A stretch of DNA of 32,000 nucleotides from Gemmata obscuriglobus (lineage in GTDB: Bacteria > Planctomycetota > Planctomycetia > Gemmatales > Gemmataceae). Within the stretch, counting starts at the first letter, position 1. The number at the start of each line of letters is the position of its first letter. Under the pieces are notes generated by a model. The model was given only the letters and a program-made list of their open reading frames with translations, did not search any database and was not told the DNA's origin. Position numbers and translations under genes: made by a program. Below are positions 1 to 8,800 of this stretch, one piece after another. The stretch lies in the NCBI RefSeq assembly GCF_008065095.1, contig NZ_CP042911.1, forward strand, positions 3,810,001-3,842,000. Direction: 5' to 3'.

Positions 1-20
1 ACCTCAAGCCCCGGATCGGG

Positions 21-1238
21 ATGCCCGACGGGAATAATACGGACCCGCTCATCCCGGTACACAGCCGGTGTGTGCAGATTGCCGAGCAGCTCCGACAGGC
101 ACAGGTTGACGACATCAGGCAGAGCTGCGAAGAGTCGGTCGTAGCGGTTAAGCGGGCGATTTGGTCTACGGGTTTTGCGATGGGCTGGGCGCTGGCGCTC
201 GTCGGCACCATGCTGTACTACTTCCGCGTGTGGATGTTCGCGCCAATCCGCGAGCTGCAAGGCGGGGTGCAGCGGGTTCACAACGGCATCTTCAACCAGC
301 CGATCGTGCTGGACTCTGGCGACGAGCTTCAGGAACTCGCGGACGAGTTTAACGCGATGGTGGCGCGGCTCCACGCCGTTTACGCGGACCTGGCCCGACA
401 GGTGACCGAGCGCAGCCGGCAGCTCGTGCGCTCGGAGCGGATGGTGTCCGTCGGGTTCCTGGCCGCCGGGGTCGCGCACGAGATCAACAACCCGCTCGCC
501 AGCATCCTGTTCTGCTCCGAGGCGCTCGAGCGCCGGCTCCAGGAAACGCTCACGGCCCTGTCCGCCAACACCGCGGTCGCGCCGCCCGCCGACGCCGAAG
601 TGCTGGCCCGTTACCTGAAGATGATCCAGCAGGAAGCGCTCCGCTGCAAAGACATCACCCAGAAGCTCCTCGACTTCAGCCGCACCGGCGACCGTAAGAA
701 GGAGCCCGCGGACCTCACGGGGCTCGTGAGCGGCGTGCTGGAAGTGGCGCGGCACCTGCCGTCCAGCCGCGGGAAGCTGGTGGCGTTCGAGCCGACCGGG
801 TACATCGTCGCCCCGATCAACGCCCAGGACCTCAAGAGCGTGATTCTGAACCTCGTTGTGAACGCGCTCGACAGCATGGACGACGGGGGCCGGCTGGACA
901 TCACGCTGGGCACCGTCGCGGGGTACGCGGAACTGGCGTTCACCGACACCGGCTGCGGAATGGCGCCAGACGTGCTCGAGAACATTTTCGAGCCGTTCTA
1001 CACCAAGAGCCGCACAGGCAAGGGGACCGGACTGGGGCTATTCATCAGCCACCAGATCGTGGACCAGCACGGCGGCACCATCACCGCTTCCAGCCCCGGG
1101 CCGGGTGCCGGAAGCACGTTTACGGTTCGCATCCCTTTGCAAGTTGCGCCGGCCGTAGCGGACGCGCCAGGCGGGGACCCGGAAACCGACCCGGCCCCCG
1201 CTGTACTGACGTTCCCTGGCGGGCGCAACGCGGCATAA
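21..1238 (+). CDS. Sensor histidine kinase (TM segment + HAMP-like linker + HisKA + HATPase_c); possibly 5'-truncated by the window edge
   Basis: 405-aa ORF. H-box VAHEINNPLAS, N-box LNLVVNALDS, G1 box DTGCGM, G2 box GTGLGL. One hydrophobic segment (FAMGWALALVGTMLYYF) is followed by a HAMP-like helix (DELQELADEFNAMVARL). The frame stays open from nt 3 to 20, so the true start may lie upstream of the window. Confidence 0.85.
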   Translation: MPDGNNTDPLIPVHSRCVQIAEQLRQAQVDDIRQSCEESVVAVKRAIWSTGFAMGWALALVGTMLYYFRVWMFAPIRELQGGVQRVHNGIFNQPIVLDSGDELQELADEFNAMVARLHAVYADLARQVTERSRQLVRSERMVSVGFLAAGVAHEINNPLASILFCSEALERRLQETLTALSANTAVAPPADAEVLARYLKMIQQEALRCKDITQKLLDFSRTGDRKKEPADLTGLVSGVLEVARHLPSSRGKLVAFEPTGYIVAPINAQDLKSVILNLVVNALDSMDDGGRLDITLGTVAGYAELAFTDTGCGMAPDVLENIFEPFYTKSRTGKGTGLGLFISHQIVDQHGGTITASSPGPGAGSTFTVRIPLQVAPAVADAPGGDPETDPAPAVLTFPGGRNAA

Positions 1239-1412
1239 GTGGGATGCGAACGCGGCGAGTTCTGATTGACGATGGGCGGCGCGCAGGTCACGTCACTAAT
1301 CGCACTCTCAACCTCGCCAGTCGGGGACGACGAATCGGGGTTGTAAATACTGCAAGCCGGTTTATCTTCCCCTCCCGAACGAGACACCGGACGGACGAAA
1401 CGGAGACCGCGA

Positions 1413-2915
1413 GTGGCTACCACACCCGCTCACAACCGACTGCGAATCCTGTTCGTCGACGACGAGACGCACCTGCGGGAGTTCATGCGATCGGAGCTGC
1501 CCCGCCTCGGGCACGAGGTCACCGTTTGCGCGGACAGTAAGGCCGGGATCGAGACCGTCAAGAAGCAGACGTTCGACGCGGCCATCCTCGACATGCGGAT
1601 GGAGCACGACAAGGCCGGGCTCCAGGTGCTCGCCGCGCTCAAGCAGGTCGCCCCGGACACCGAGGCGGTCATCATGACCGGCTACGGCAGCACGGAGACC
1701 GCGGTCGAGGCGCTGCGCCTGGGGGCGTTCGACTACCTGACCAAGCCGTGCAAGCTGACCGACATCGAGGCGCTGCTCCTGCGCATCCAGGAGAAGCGGC
1801 GGCTGAAGCACAAGACCGCGGCCCTGGAGAGCCGGGTGCAGGCGGCGGAAGGGCCGGCCGGCCTGATCGGGGCCAGCGCGGCGATGGTGCCGGTGCAGCA
1901 GTTCATCCAGCGGGTCGGGCCGACCGACGGGCGGGTGCTCATCACCGGCGAGACCGGCACCGGGAAGGAAGTGGTCGCGCGGGCGCTGTACACGGCGAGC
2001 AAGCGGGCCGACATGCCGTTCGTGCCGGTGAACTGCGGCGCCCTCACGCAGTCCCTGGCCGAGAGCCAACTGTTCGGCCACAAGAAGGGCGCGTTCACCG
2101 GCGCCGACAAGGACCACAAGGGGTTCTTCGAGGTCGCCAACGGCGGCACCCTGTTCCTCGACGAACTCGGGGAACTCGACAAGAACCTTCAGGTGAAGCT
2201 GCTCCGGTTCCTTGAGGCCGGTGAGATCCAGCGCCTCGGCGAGAGCCAGCCCATCACCGTGGACGTGCGGGTCATCAGCGCGACCAACAAGGACCTGCGC
2301 CAGATGGTCGCGGAGGGGCACTTCCGCGAGGACCTCTTGTACCGGCTGAACATGTTCCACGTCCACCTGCCCCCGCTGCGGGACCGGCGCGAGGACATCC
2401 CGGAACTGGCCCGGCACGCACTGGCCCGGCACGCCAAGCGCCCGGTGGAGTCGGTCGCGCACCTGATTACGCCCGAGGCGTTTCAGGTGATGGTGAACCA
2501 CGAGTTCAAGGGGAACGTGCGGGAACTGGTGAACGCGATGGAGTATGCGTGGATCGTGTCGGGCGGGGGCGCGATCACCCCCGACTACCTGCCGCGCGAA
2601 ATGGTGGCGCCGCGCGCCGCCGCGCCGGTTCCGATGGCGTACCCGGTGCCCGCGCCGGCGCCGGCCGCGTACCCCACCGCTTACGCCGCGCCGCCGGCCC
2701 CGACGCTCCCGTTCCCGGGGGCGCCGACAACTGATACAGGTGCGGGCGGCCCGACGAAGTCGCTGGCGGACGTGGAAATGGAGTACATTCTTCAGGTGTA
2801 CGCAAAGAACGGGATGAACAAGCAGAAGACCAGTGACGAACTCGGGATCAGTCTAAAAACGCTCTACAACAAGCTGCACAAGTATGAAGAGGAGCGGCAG
2901 CGCCGCGCCGGATGA
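1413..2915 (+). CDS. Sigma-54-dependent response regulator / enhancer-binding protein (NtrC family: REC + AAA+ sigma-54 interaction domain + Fis-type HTH)
   Basis: GTG start at 1413, preceded by GGAG at 1402-1405. REC motifs LFVDDE, ILDMRM and YLTKP. Walker A GETGTGKE, the sigma-54 contact loop GAFTGA (KKGAFTGAD) and Walker B TLFLDELGEL. C-terminal HTH KQKTSDELGISLKTLYNKL. Confidence 0.93.
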   Translation: MATTPAHNRLRILFVDDETHLREFMRSELPRLGHEVTVCADSKAGIETVKKQTFDAAILDMRMEHDKAGLQVLAALKQVAPDTEAVIMTGYGSTETAVEALRLGAFDYLTKPCKLTDIEALLLRIQEKRRLKHKTAALESRVQAAEGPAGLIGASAAMVPVQQFIQRVGPTDGRVLITGETGTGKEVVARALYTASKRADMPFVPVNCGALTQSLAESQLFGHKKGAFTGADKDHKGFFEVANGGTLFLDELGELDKNLQVKLLRFLEAGEIQRLGESQPITVDVRVISATNKDLRQMVAEGHFREDLLYRLNMFHVHLPPLRDRREDIPELARHALARHAKRPVESVAHLITPEAFQVMVNHEFKGNVRELVNAMEYAWIVSGGGAITPDYLPREMVAPRAAAPVPMAYPVPAPAPAAYPTAYAAPPAPTLPFPGAPTTDTGAGGPTKSLADVEMEYILQVYAKNGMNKQKTSDELGISLKTLYNKLHKYEEERQRRAG

Positions 2916-2930
2916 GGTGGGGGGGGGCGG

Positions 2931-3407
2931 TCACGCGGTGAGCCACGGGACCGCGCGGCACGCCTGCCCGAGCGCGAAGCCCGTACCCGCGAGCGCGACC
3001 ATCCCGAGCGCGAGCCGCTGTCCGTGTCGGCGGTACGCGACGAACTCGGCCGGGGCCGCACACACCCTCCACGGCCAGTGGACCCACGACACGTAGGTGA
3101 ACAGCACACAGGCGCCGAGCCACGCGGCGCCCTTCGCCGCCACGAGCGCGAGCCAGAGCGTGCTCGCGCCGTCCCACCGCAGCCCCACCAGCGCGAACCC
3201 AGACAGCCCGCACGTCAGGAGCCCGGCGGTGACGAAATAACGCATGTTGTGGGCGAGGTGCGCTGAGAAGTGCTCGTACTCGGCCCGCGACCGGAAAAAT
3301 GCGAGCGCCTTTCCGTCGACCACGAGCGTGCGGTAAAAGATCGCACCGAACCACGCCGCGCCGGACAGCCCGTGGGTCCAGACGAGCAGCATTTCGAGCG
3401 ATTTCAT
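2931..3407 (-). CDS. Small integral membrane protein (about four hydrophobic helices), function unknown
   Basis: ORF 2931..3449. I prefer the internal ATG at 3407, which has GGAG 8 nt upstream on the minus strand. The ATG at 3449 has no purine-rich element. Hydrophobic segments: LLVWTHGLSGAAWFGAIFY, YFVTAGLLTCGLSGFALVGL, LWLALVAAKGAAWLGACVLFTYV, LALGMVALAGTGFALG. No family recognised. Confidence 0.55.
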   Translation of the reverse strand: MKSLEMLLVWTHGLSGAAWFGAIFYRTLVVDGKALAFFRSRAEYEHFSAHLAHNMRYFVTAGLLTCGLSGFALVGLRWDGASTLWLALVAAKGAAWLGACVLFTYVSWVHWPWRVCAAPAEFVAYRRHGQRLALGMVALAGTGFALGQACRAVPWLTA

Positions 3408-3541
3408 GGCGACGGCTCCGGCGGGTGACTTCACCCAATTCACCGCCATAGAGGGCGGTCACACAACCGTAAAGGTCCTTGGCGTGATCGCGTTCGTTTG
3501 ATTGGAGCGCTGGCCTGTGCAATGGCTGCAAGGTCGGTATG

Positions 3542-4423
3542 TCAGACGGCGCGGCTGAGCGCGATCGTGTGCGTTTTGGTTGCGTTCGGGTCATCGACCT
3601 GGCCGGTCCGCGCGACGATCGCGGTGATGTTGTCTTGCCCGCCGGCCTCGTTGGCCGCTTCGATCAGCGCCTTGACCGCCCGTGCCGGGCTGTCGGACCG
3701 CTTCAGGATCGCCAGCAGGTTTTCGTCGGTGAGCCGACGGGTGAGCCCGTCGGTGCAAAGCAGTAGCTCGTCGCCGACTTGAAGGGTGGTGTGGTGTAAC
3801 TCGGGCGTCACGTCCTTTTGGCCCGCGCCGATGCAGTTCCACAGGGCGTGCCCCAACCCCGCGGCCTCGGCCTGCGACGCCGTCAGCACGCCCTCGTCGA
3901 CCGCCCGCTGGGCGAGGGTGTGGTCGGTGGTCAGGCGGGTCAACGTGTCGCCGCGCCGGATGTAACACCGGCTGTCGCCGGCGTGGACCACGTAGATGCG
4001 CGGCCACAGGAGGCACGCCAGGGTGAGCGTCGTGCCCATGCGCCGGAACCGCGAGTGCTCGGCCGCGTCCTTCACGGTGTCCTGGGTCACCCGCACGGCG
4101 TTCCGCAACTCGTGCTCCAGTTCCACTTCGCGCCCGTCCTGGTGGCGGTAGAACCAGGGCATCGTCTTGGCGACGTACCACGAGATCGTTTCGACCGCGA
4201 GGCCGCTCGCCACCTCGCCCCCGGACATCCCGCCCATCCCGTCGGCGACGACGAAGAGGTGCCCCGTTACGCCCGCCTTCCAGCCGCCGTCTTCGGACGG
4301 GAGGAGGCTCGTTTGCGTCACCCGGAGCTGCTTCACGAGATCGGCGATCAGGAAGTGGTCTTCGTTGTTCTTGCGCACGCGGCCGATATCGGTGGAGCCG
4401 GCAGATTCGACCGTAACGCTCAT
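3542..4423 (-). CDS. PP2C-family Ser/Thr protein phosphatase
   Basis: PP2C motifs are present in order: RKNNEDHF, VADGMGGMSGGEVAS, VVHAGDSRCY, LLLCTDGL, GGQDNITAIV. The ATG at 4423 is preceded by GGGAG on the minus strand. The TTG at 4468 used by the ORF track would add 15 non-conserved residues and overlaps a promoter-like motif. Confidence 0.9.
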   Translation of the reverse strand: MSVTVESAGSTDIGRVRKNNEDHFLIADLVKQLRVTQTSLLPSEDGGWKAGVTGHLFVVADGMGGMSGGEVASGLAVETISWYVAKTMPWFYRHQDGREVELEHELRNAVRVTQDTVKDAAEHSRFRRMGTTLTLACLLWPRIYVVHAGDSRCYIRRGDTLTRLTTDHTLAQRAVDEGVLTASQAEAAGLGHALWNCIGAGQKDVTPELHHTTLQVGDELLLCTDGLTRRLTDENLLAILKRSDSPARAVKALIEAANEAGGQDNITAIVARTGQVDDPNATKTHTIALSRAV

Positions 4424-4463
4424 TGTGGCGACTCCCGCTGAGGTGCAGACACGCATTCCGATG

Positions 4464-4480
4464 AGCAACCGCCGTGCCCC
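4464..4480 (-). promoter_or_regulatory. Candidate sigma-54 (-24/-12) promoter for the PP2C gene
   Basis: The minus strand reads GGGGCACGGCGGTTGCT, against the consensus TGGCACG-N4-TTGCW. GG and GC have the canonical 12-nt register. It sits in the 60-nt gap between the radical SAM stop (4484-4486) and the PP2C ATG (4423). The -12 GC lies about 42 nt upstream of the ATG. Confidence 0.5.
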
Positions 4481-4483
4481 GGG

Positions 4484-5581
4484 CTACCGTTTGAGGCCCA
4501 GTTGAATCAGCTCGCCGGTGAAGTTGGGCTTCAGGTCCACCCAGTTGCCGACTTTTCCGCCCCCGCCGTTCACACCGGCCGCCAACCCCCGTGTGAGTAC
4601 GAACCAGCAAAAGTAGCAGTGGTTGGTGGTCGCACCCGGCAGGGCATTCGGGTCACGCTGAAGGATCTCGTCCCGAATCGCCGACAGGCCGTCGCGGAAG
4701 ATCGTGCCGACAACCGGGTGCGCGCGGGCGGACCGGACGATCTCTTCCACGCTGTCGGTGTAGATGTTGCCGATGGTGAGTTGGTCGAGGTCGGACGCGA
4801 ACCCGCAGCACGGCTTGACCTCGCCTTTGGGGTTCACGATGAGCGCCTGCCCCGGCCCCTCACAGTAGTCCTCCTCGAACCAGGTGCCGTCCCACGGGTC
4901 GCCGGGCAGCTCTTCCGCGCGCTCGACCGTCGCAAGGTGGTTCCAGCACGCGGTCATTGTGAGGTCGTCACTCACGACCAGGTATCGCCCGAGCAGCTTC
5001 GACCACTCCACCACGCCGTCCAGAGCCGCCGCCAGACGACGAATCGGTTCCAGGCCCTTGTGCGGGTCGCGGCTCGCGTAACTCAGTGAAAGAACGGTGT
5101 CGCGCGCGAACACCTGGCGAGTGACCCGACAGAACTCGGCGAGCTTGTCGATGTCCATTCCGTGGAACTTATCGACGCTGAGGCCGATCTTGCCCGTGAA
5201 CCCGGCGTCGCGGAGCGCCGCGAGCACTCGCTCGGCGTGTGCGGCGTCGGCGTGCCACACGCCGTTGGTCATGAGCTTGTCGAACTTGAAACCGAGTTCC
5301 GCCGCGCGCGCCGTCAGGGCGTTGAGGAACTCGGGGTACAGGAACGGCTCGCCGCCCGTGAACCCGAGCGTGCCGATACCGGCCTCGTGCGCCTGTTCGA
5401 GGAACCGCAGCGCCGTCGGGATGTCGAGCCGGTCGGTCCACTCGATCGGGACGCAGCAGTGCGGGCACGCGAGGTTGCACTGATATGTGCCCGCGAACGA
5501 GAGGTAGTTCGGCCGGAACGTGCGGCTGGGGGCGGGCGCTCGCTTGTCGCCGCGGCCCAGGGTCGGTTTCAGATCACGCAT
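4484..5581 (-). CDS. Radical SAM enzyme with Cys-rich C-terminal (SPASM/twitch-like) region
   Basis: CxxxCxxC cluster motif in YQCNLACPHCC, and a SAM-binding GGEPFL motif. C-terminal cysteines occur in YCEGPG, KPCCGF and NHCYFCW. The ATG at 5581 (MRDLKPTLG...) is preferred. The 103 upstream codons of the 468-aa ORF are Arg/Pro/Ser-rich, look non-conserved, and would invade the divergent promoter region. Confidence 0.85.
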   Translation of the reverse strand: MRDLKPTLGRGDKRAPAPSRTFRPNYLSFAGTYQCNLACPHCCVPIEWTDRLDIPTALRFLEQAHEAGIGTLGFTGGEPFLYPEFLNALTARAAELGFKFDKLMTNGVWHADAAHAERVLAALRDAGFTGKIGLSVDKFHGMDIDKLAEFCRVTRQVFARDTVLSLSYASRDPHKGLEPIRRLAAALDGVVEWSKLLGRYLVVSDDLTMTACWNHLATVERAEELPGDPWDGTWFEEDYCEGPGQALIVNPKGEVKPCCGFASDLDQLTIGNIYTDSVEEIVRSARAHPVVGTIFRDGLSAIRDEILQRDPNALPGATTNHCYFCWFVLTRGLAAGVNGGGGKVGNWVDLKPNFTGELIQLGLKR

Positions 5582-5822
5582 GAGAGCTTCCAGGGGGAAC
5601 CCCGAGCCGGTGGGCCGCGCCGCGGTTAGGCGCGACACGCCGCCTCGTCGTACTTTATCAACCCCGGCACTGTTGCGGGTAACGGGTTGTGCGGTTCGCG
5701 GCGGCCCCGGCGCGTCACAGCGCGGGGATTTCTCCTTGTGAACTGCGCCATCAGTTGACAAAATCGGCAAGGTGCGCGTGTTGTTCCCGGCACACCGGTC
5801 ACGGACAGAAGTGGGTACCGCC

Positions 5823-8800
5823 ATGCGTGGCTCCAAACTGCGGTTGTTGTCGGCCGGGGTGCTCGCGGCCCTGTTCGCGTGGCTCGTCACGTGGGCCGGG
5901 CACGTCGCGAACGGTCAACCGGCGGTCATCGGCGTCGCGCAAGCCAAAAAGGACGGCAAGGACGATAAAAATAAAAAGGAAGATCGCTCCGAACTCGACG
6001 AGAACTTGCCGTTCTCGGTCCCCTACGACCGCGACGCCAAGAACCAGCTCAAGGCGGCGCGCGACTACCTCGACTTCAAGGACCCGCCGTACAACACGAT
6101 CTGCCCGCTGCTCCAGAACATCCTGGACGCCAAGAGCGATACGTTCTTCGATGTGAAGTACAAGGTCGGCGAGACGGTCCGCATCAACCGGATCAGCGTC
6201 AAGACCGAGGCCAACCGCATTATCGCGGAGTTCAAGGCCGAAGGGCTCCAGTTCTACCAGCAGGCCTACGGGGCGACCGCGTCGGCCCTGCTCGACGACG
6301 CAATCAAGGCGAACTGCGACCCGGCGCTGCTGTCCGACGTGTCGCAGCGGTACTTCAACACGCGGGCCGGGGCCGAGGCCACCGTTCTGCTCGGCACCCT
6401 GCACCTCGAGCGCGGCAACTACCTCGAAGCGGCGTACGCGTTCGAGCGCCTGCTGCCCCGCAAAGACGTTGAAGACATTTTGACGCCGCGGACGCTGTTC
6501 AAGACCGCGCTGGCCTTCAAACGGAGCGGTGACCCGCGGCACGCGGACCTATACAAGCCCGCTGAAGAAAAGCTGTTCAAGGCCGCGCGGGACGGGATCA
6601 AGTTCGGTCGCACCGTGTTCACCTTGGACCGGCTGCGGTCCGAACTGGCCCGCCCGGTGGAGCTGGTGCGCTCCAACGCCGTGGTGGGCGAGTGGGCGCA
6701 ACGCGGCGGCAACGCCGGCCGCAACGCGGTCGTGGACGGCGGGCCGCCGTTCCTCGACAAGGTGTTCGGGTTCCCGATGTTCTACTCGGGCGACGACGAG
6801 GCCAACCTGTGGATCAAGGGCGAGCTGGAGAAGCTGTTCGCCCGCGACGCCCGCGCTTCCAAAAGCACCCCGCTGCCGGGCACCTTCCCAGTGACCACCG
6901 GCGACACCATCGTGTTCCGCAGCTACGACGGGGTGTATGGGGTCGCCACCCGCGACCGGGTGCAGGGGGGCCGCGTCGTTCGCGCCGGCGACATCCTCTG
7001 GCGGTCCAAGACGACGGCCGGGTTGTACCAGCTCATCAAGAGCGACGAGACCCACGACGTGGACATGAGCCGGGACGCGAAGAGCTGGTGGGGCACGTAC
7101 AACACCCGCACCGTCAAGGTTCACAACATCCTGCACGAGAACCCGCTGATCGGGTCGCTGGCGCACGACGGCCAGAACGTGTACTTCGTGGACGACCTCG
7201 CGATCACGCCGCCCCCCGTTTACAACAACCCGGAGTTCGGCATCAACTCCGGGCCGCAGTTCCGTCACTCGGGCGACCTGGCCGAAATGGTGCGGGCCGG
7301 CCGGCTCGCCGCGGTCGACATCAAGAGCGGCAACATCCGCTGGGAACTCGGCCGCGTCAAGGCGCCCCCGCCGGACAGCGACGGGAAGGCGCCGCCCCCC
7401 GCTCCGCTACCGAACTCGCTGACCGAAGAAGAAGCCGACAAAACCACCGACGCGTTCCGGTTGTGCCTGGACGCGGTGTTCCTCGGCGCGCCGATGCCGC
7501 TCAACGGCAAACTGTATGTGCTCATCGAGCAGGCCGGGGTGATGCGGCTCCTGTGCCTCGATCCGAAGACCCTGGTGAAGGTTCCGGGGCCGGACCCGAC
7601 GCCGAAGCCCGCCCTGGTGTGGACCCAGAAGCTCGGGAAGCCGAACAGCACCCTGCCGACCGACTCGGTGCGGCGGTACCAGGGCTGCACGCTCGCCGCC
7701 AGCGACGGCATCATCATCTGCCCGACCAACTCCGGCGTGGTGGTGGCCGTGGACGTGATGTCGCGCAGCCTGCTGTGGGCGCACGGGTACCGCCAGGTGT
7801 CGCCGGCGCCGCCGCGCGGGTTCGACCCGAACACCGGCATGCCGATCGTACCGGAGCAACTCCCCGACGACCGGTGGCGGTCGGCCGGGCCGATCGTCAG
7901 CGGCGGGCGCGTGATCCTGACCGCCTACGACTCGCGGAAGCTCGAGTGCCTCGACCTGCGGACCGGGAAGATCCTCTGGACCGTGAACCACGACGCCAAC
8001 GACCTCTACGTCGGCGGGGTGGCGAACGACCGCGTGATCGTGGTCGGCAAGAACCAGATGCGGGCGTACCGGCTCGGCGGCGAGGACACCGACAAGAAGG
8101 CCCCGAAGGCGGCGTGGGGGCCGGTTACGATCCCGACCCCGACCGGGCACGGGGCGGTCGGCCGGAACGCGTTTTACGTACCGGTCCGTCAGGACGCCGC
8201 CGGGAAGGACACCGTTCCGGCGGGCGAGATCTGGGCCATTAACATTGAGGACGGCAAGGTCCTCTCAAAGACCGGCGCCCGAAAGCGGAACGACACCGAG
8301 ACGCTCGCCCGCTACGGCATCGGGAACCTCGTGTTCCAGGACGGAATGGTCTACTCCCAATCCCCCTGGGAGGTGGCGGCGTACCCGCAGTTGGAACTCA
8401 AGATCGCGGAGATGAACAGGCTCCTCGACAAGAACCCGAAGGACCCGATCGGGCTCCTGGCGCGCGGCGAACTCCGGCTGGACGACGGCAAGCTCAAGGA
8501 CGCCATCGCGGACTTCAAGGACGCCGAGCGGAACAACCTGCCGGTCGAGAAGAAGCCGCTCCTCCGGGAGAAGCTCTACATCGCGTACACGGAACTGCTC
8601 CGGGCCGACTTCAACGGCGGTGAGAGCGTCCTGTCGGAGTACGAGGCGCTGTGCGAGGTGCCGGCGCTCGGCGAGGAAACGGCCGAGGACAGGTTGCGCC
8701 GCGAGGACGAGATCCGGCGCCGCAAGCGGCTGTACTACTACTTGCTCGCCCGCGGGCGCGAGACCCAGGAGCGGCTCGGGGAGGCATTCGACCACTACCT

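Noticed and set aside
3591-4610. 339-aa minus-strand ORF overlapping the PP2C gene in another frame.
   Set aside because: Extremely Arg/Pro/Gly-rich with no motifs. The overlapping frame encodes a complete PP2C motif set.
5755-5760. Perfect TTGACA hexamer upstream of the giant gene as a sigma-70 -35 box.
   Set aside because: There is no acceptable -10 hexamer at 16-18 nt spacing. A single hexamer is not evidence on its own.
5772-5822. N-terminal extensions offered by the ORF track: 5772, 4468, 5890, 11221, 12610, 13712, 17773, 26294, 29756.
   Set aside because: In each case an internal ATG or GTG has a better Shine-Dalgarno-like element and gives a clean signal peptide or domain start. The extensions are rare-codon-rich or Arg/Pro-rich, or they read through intergenic repeats. 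Start sites remain predictions.
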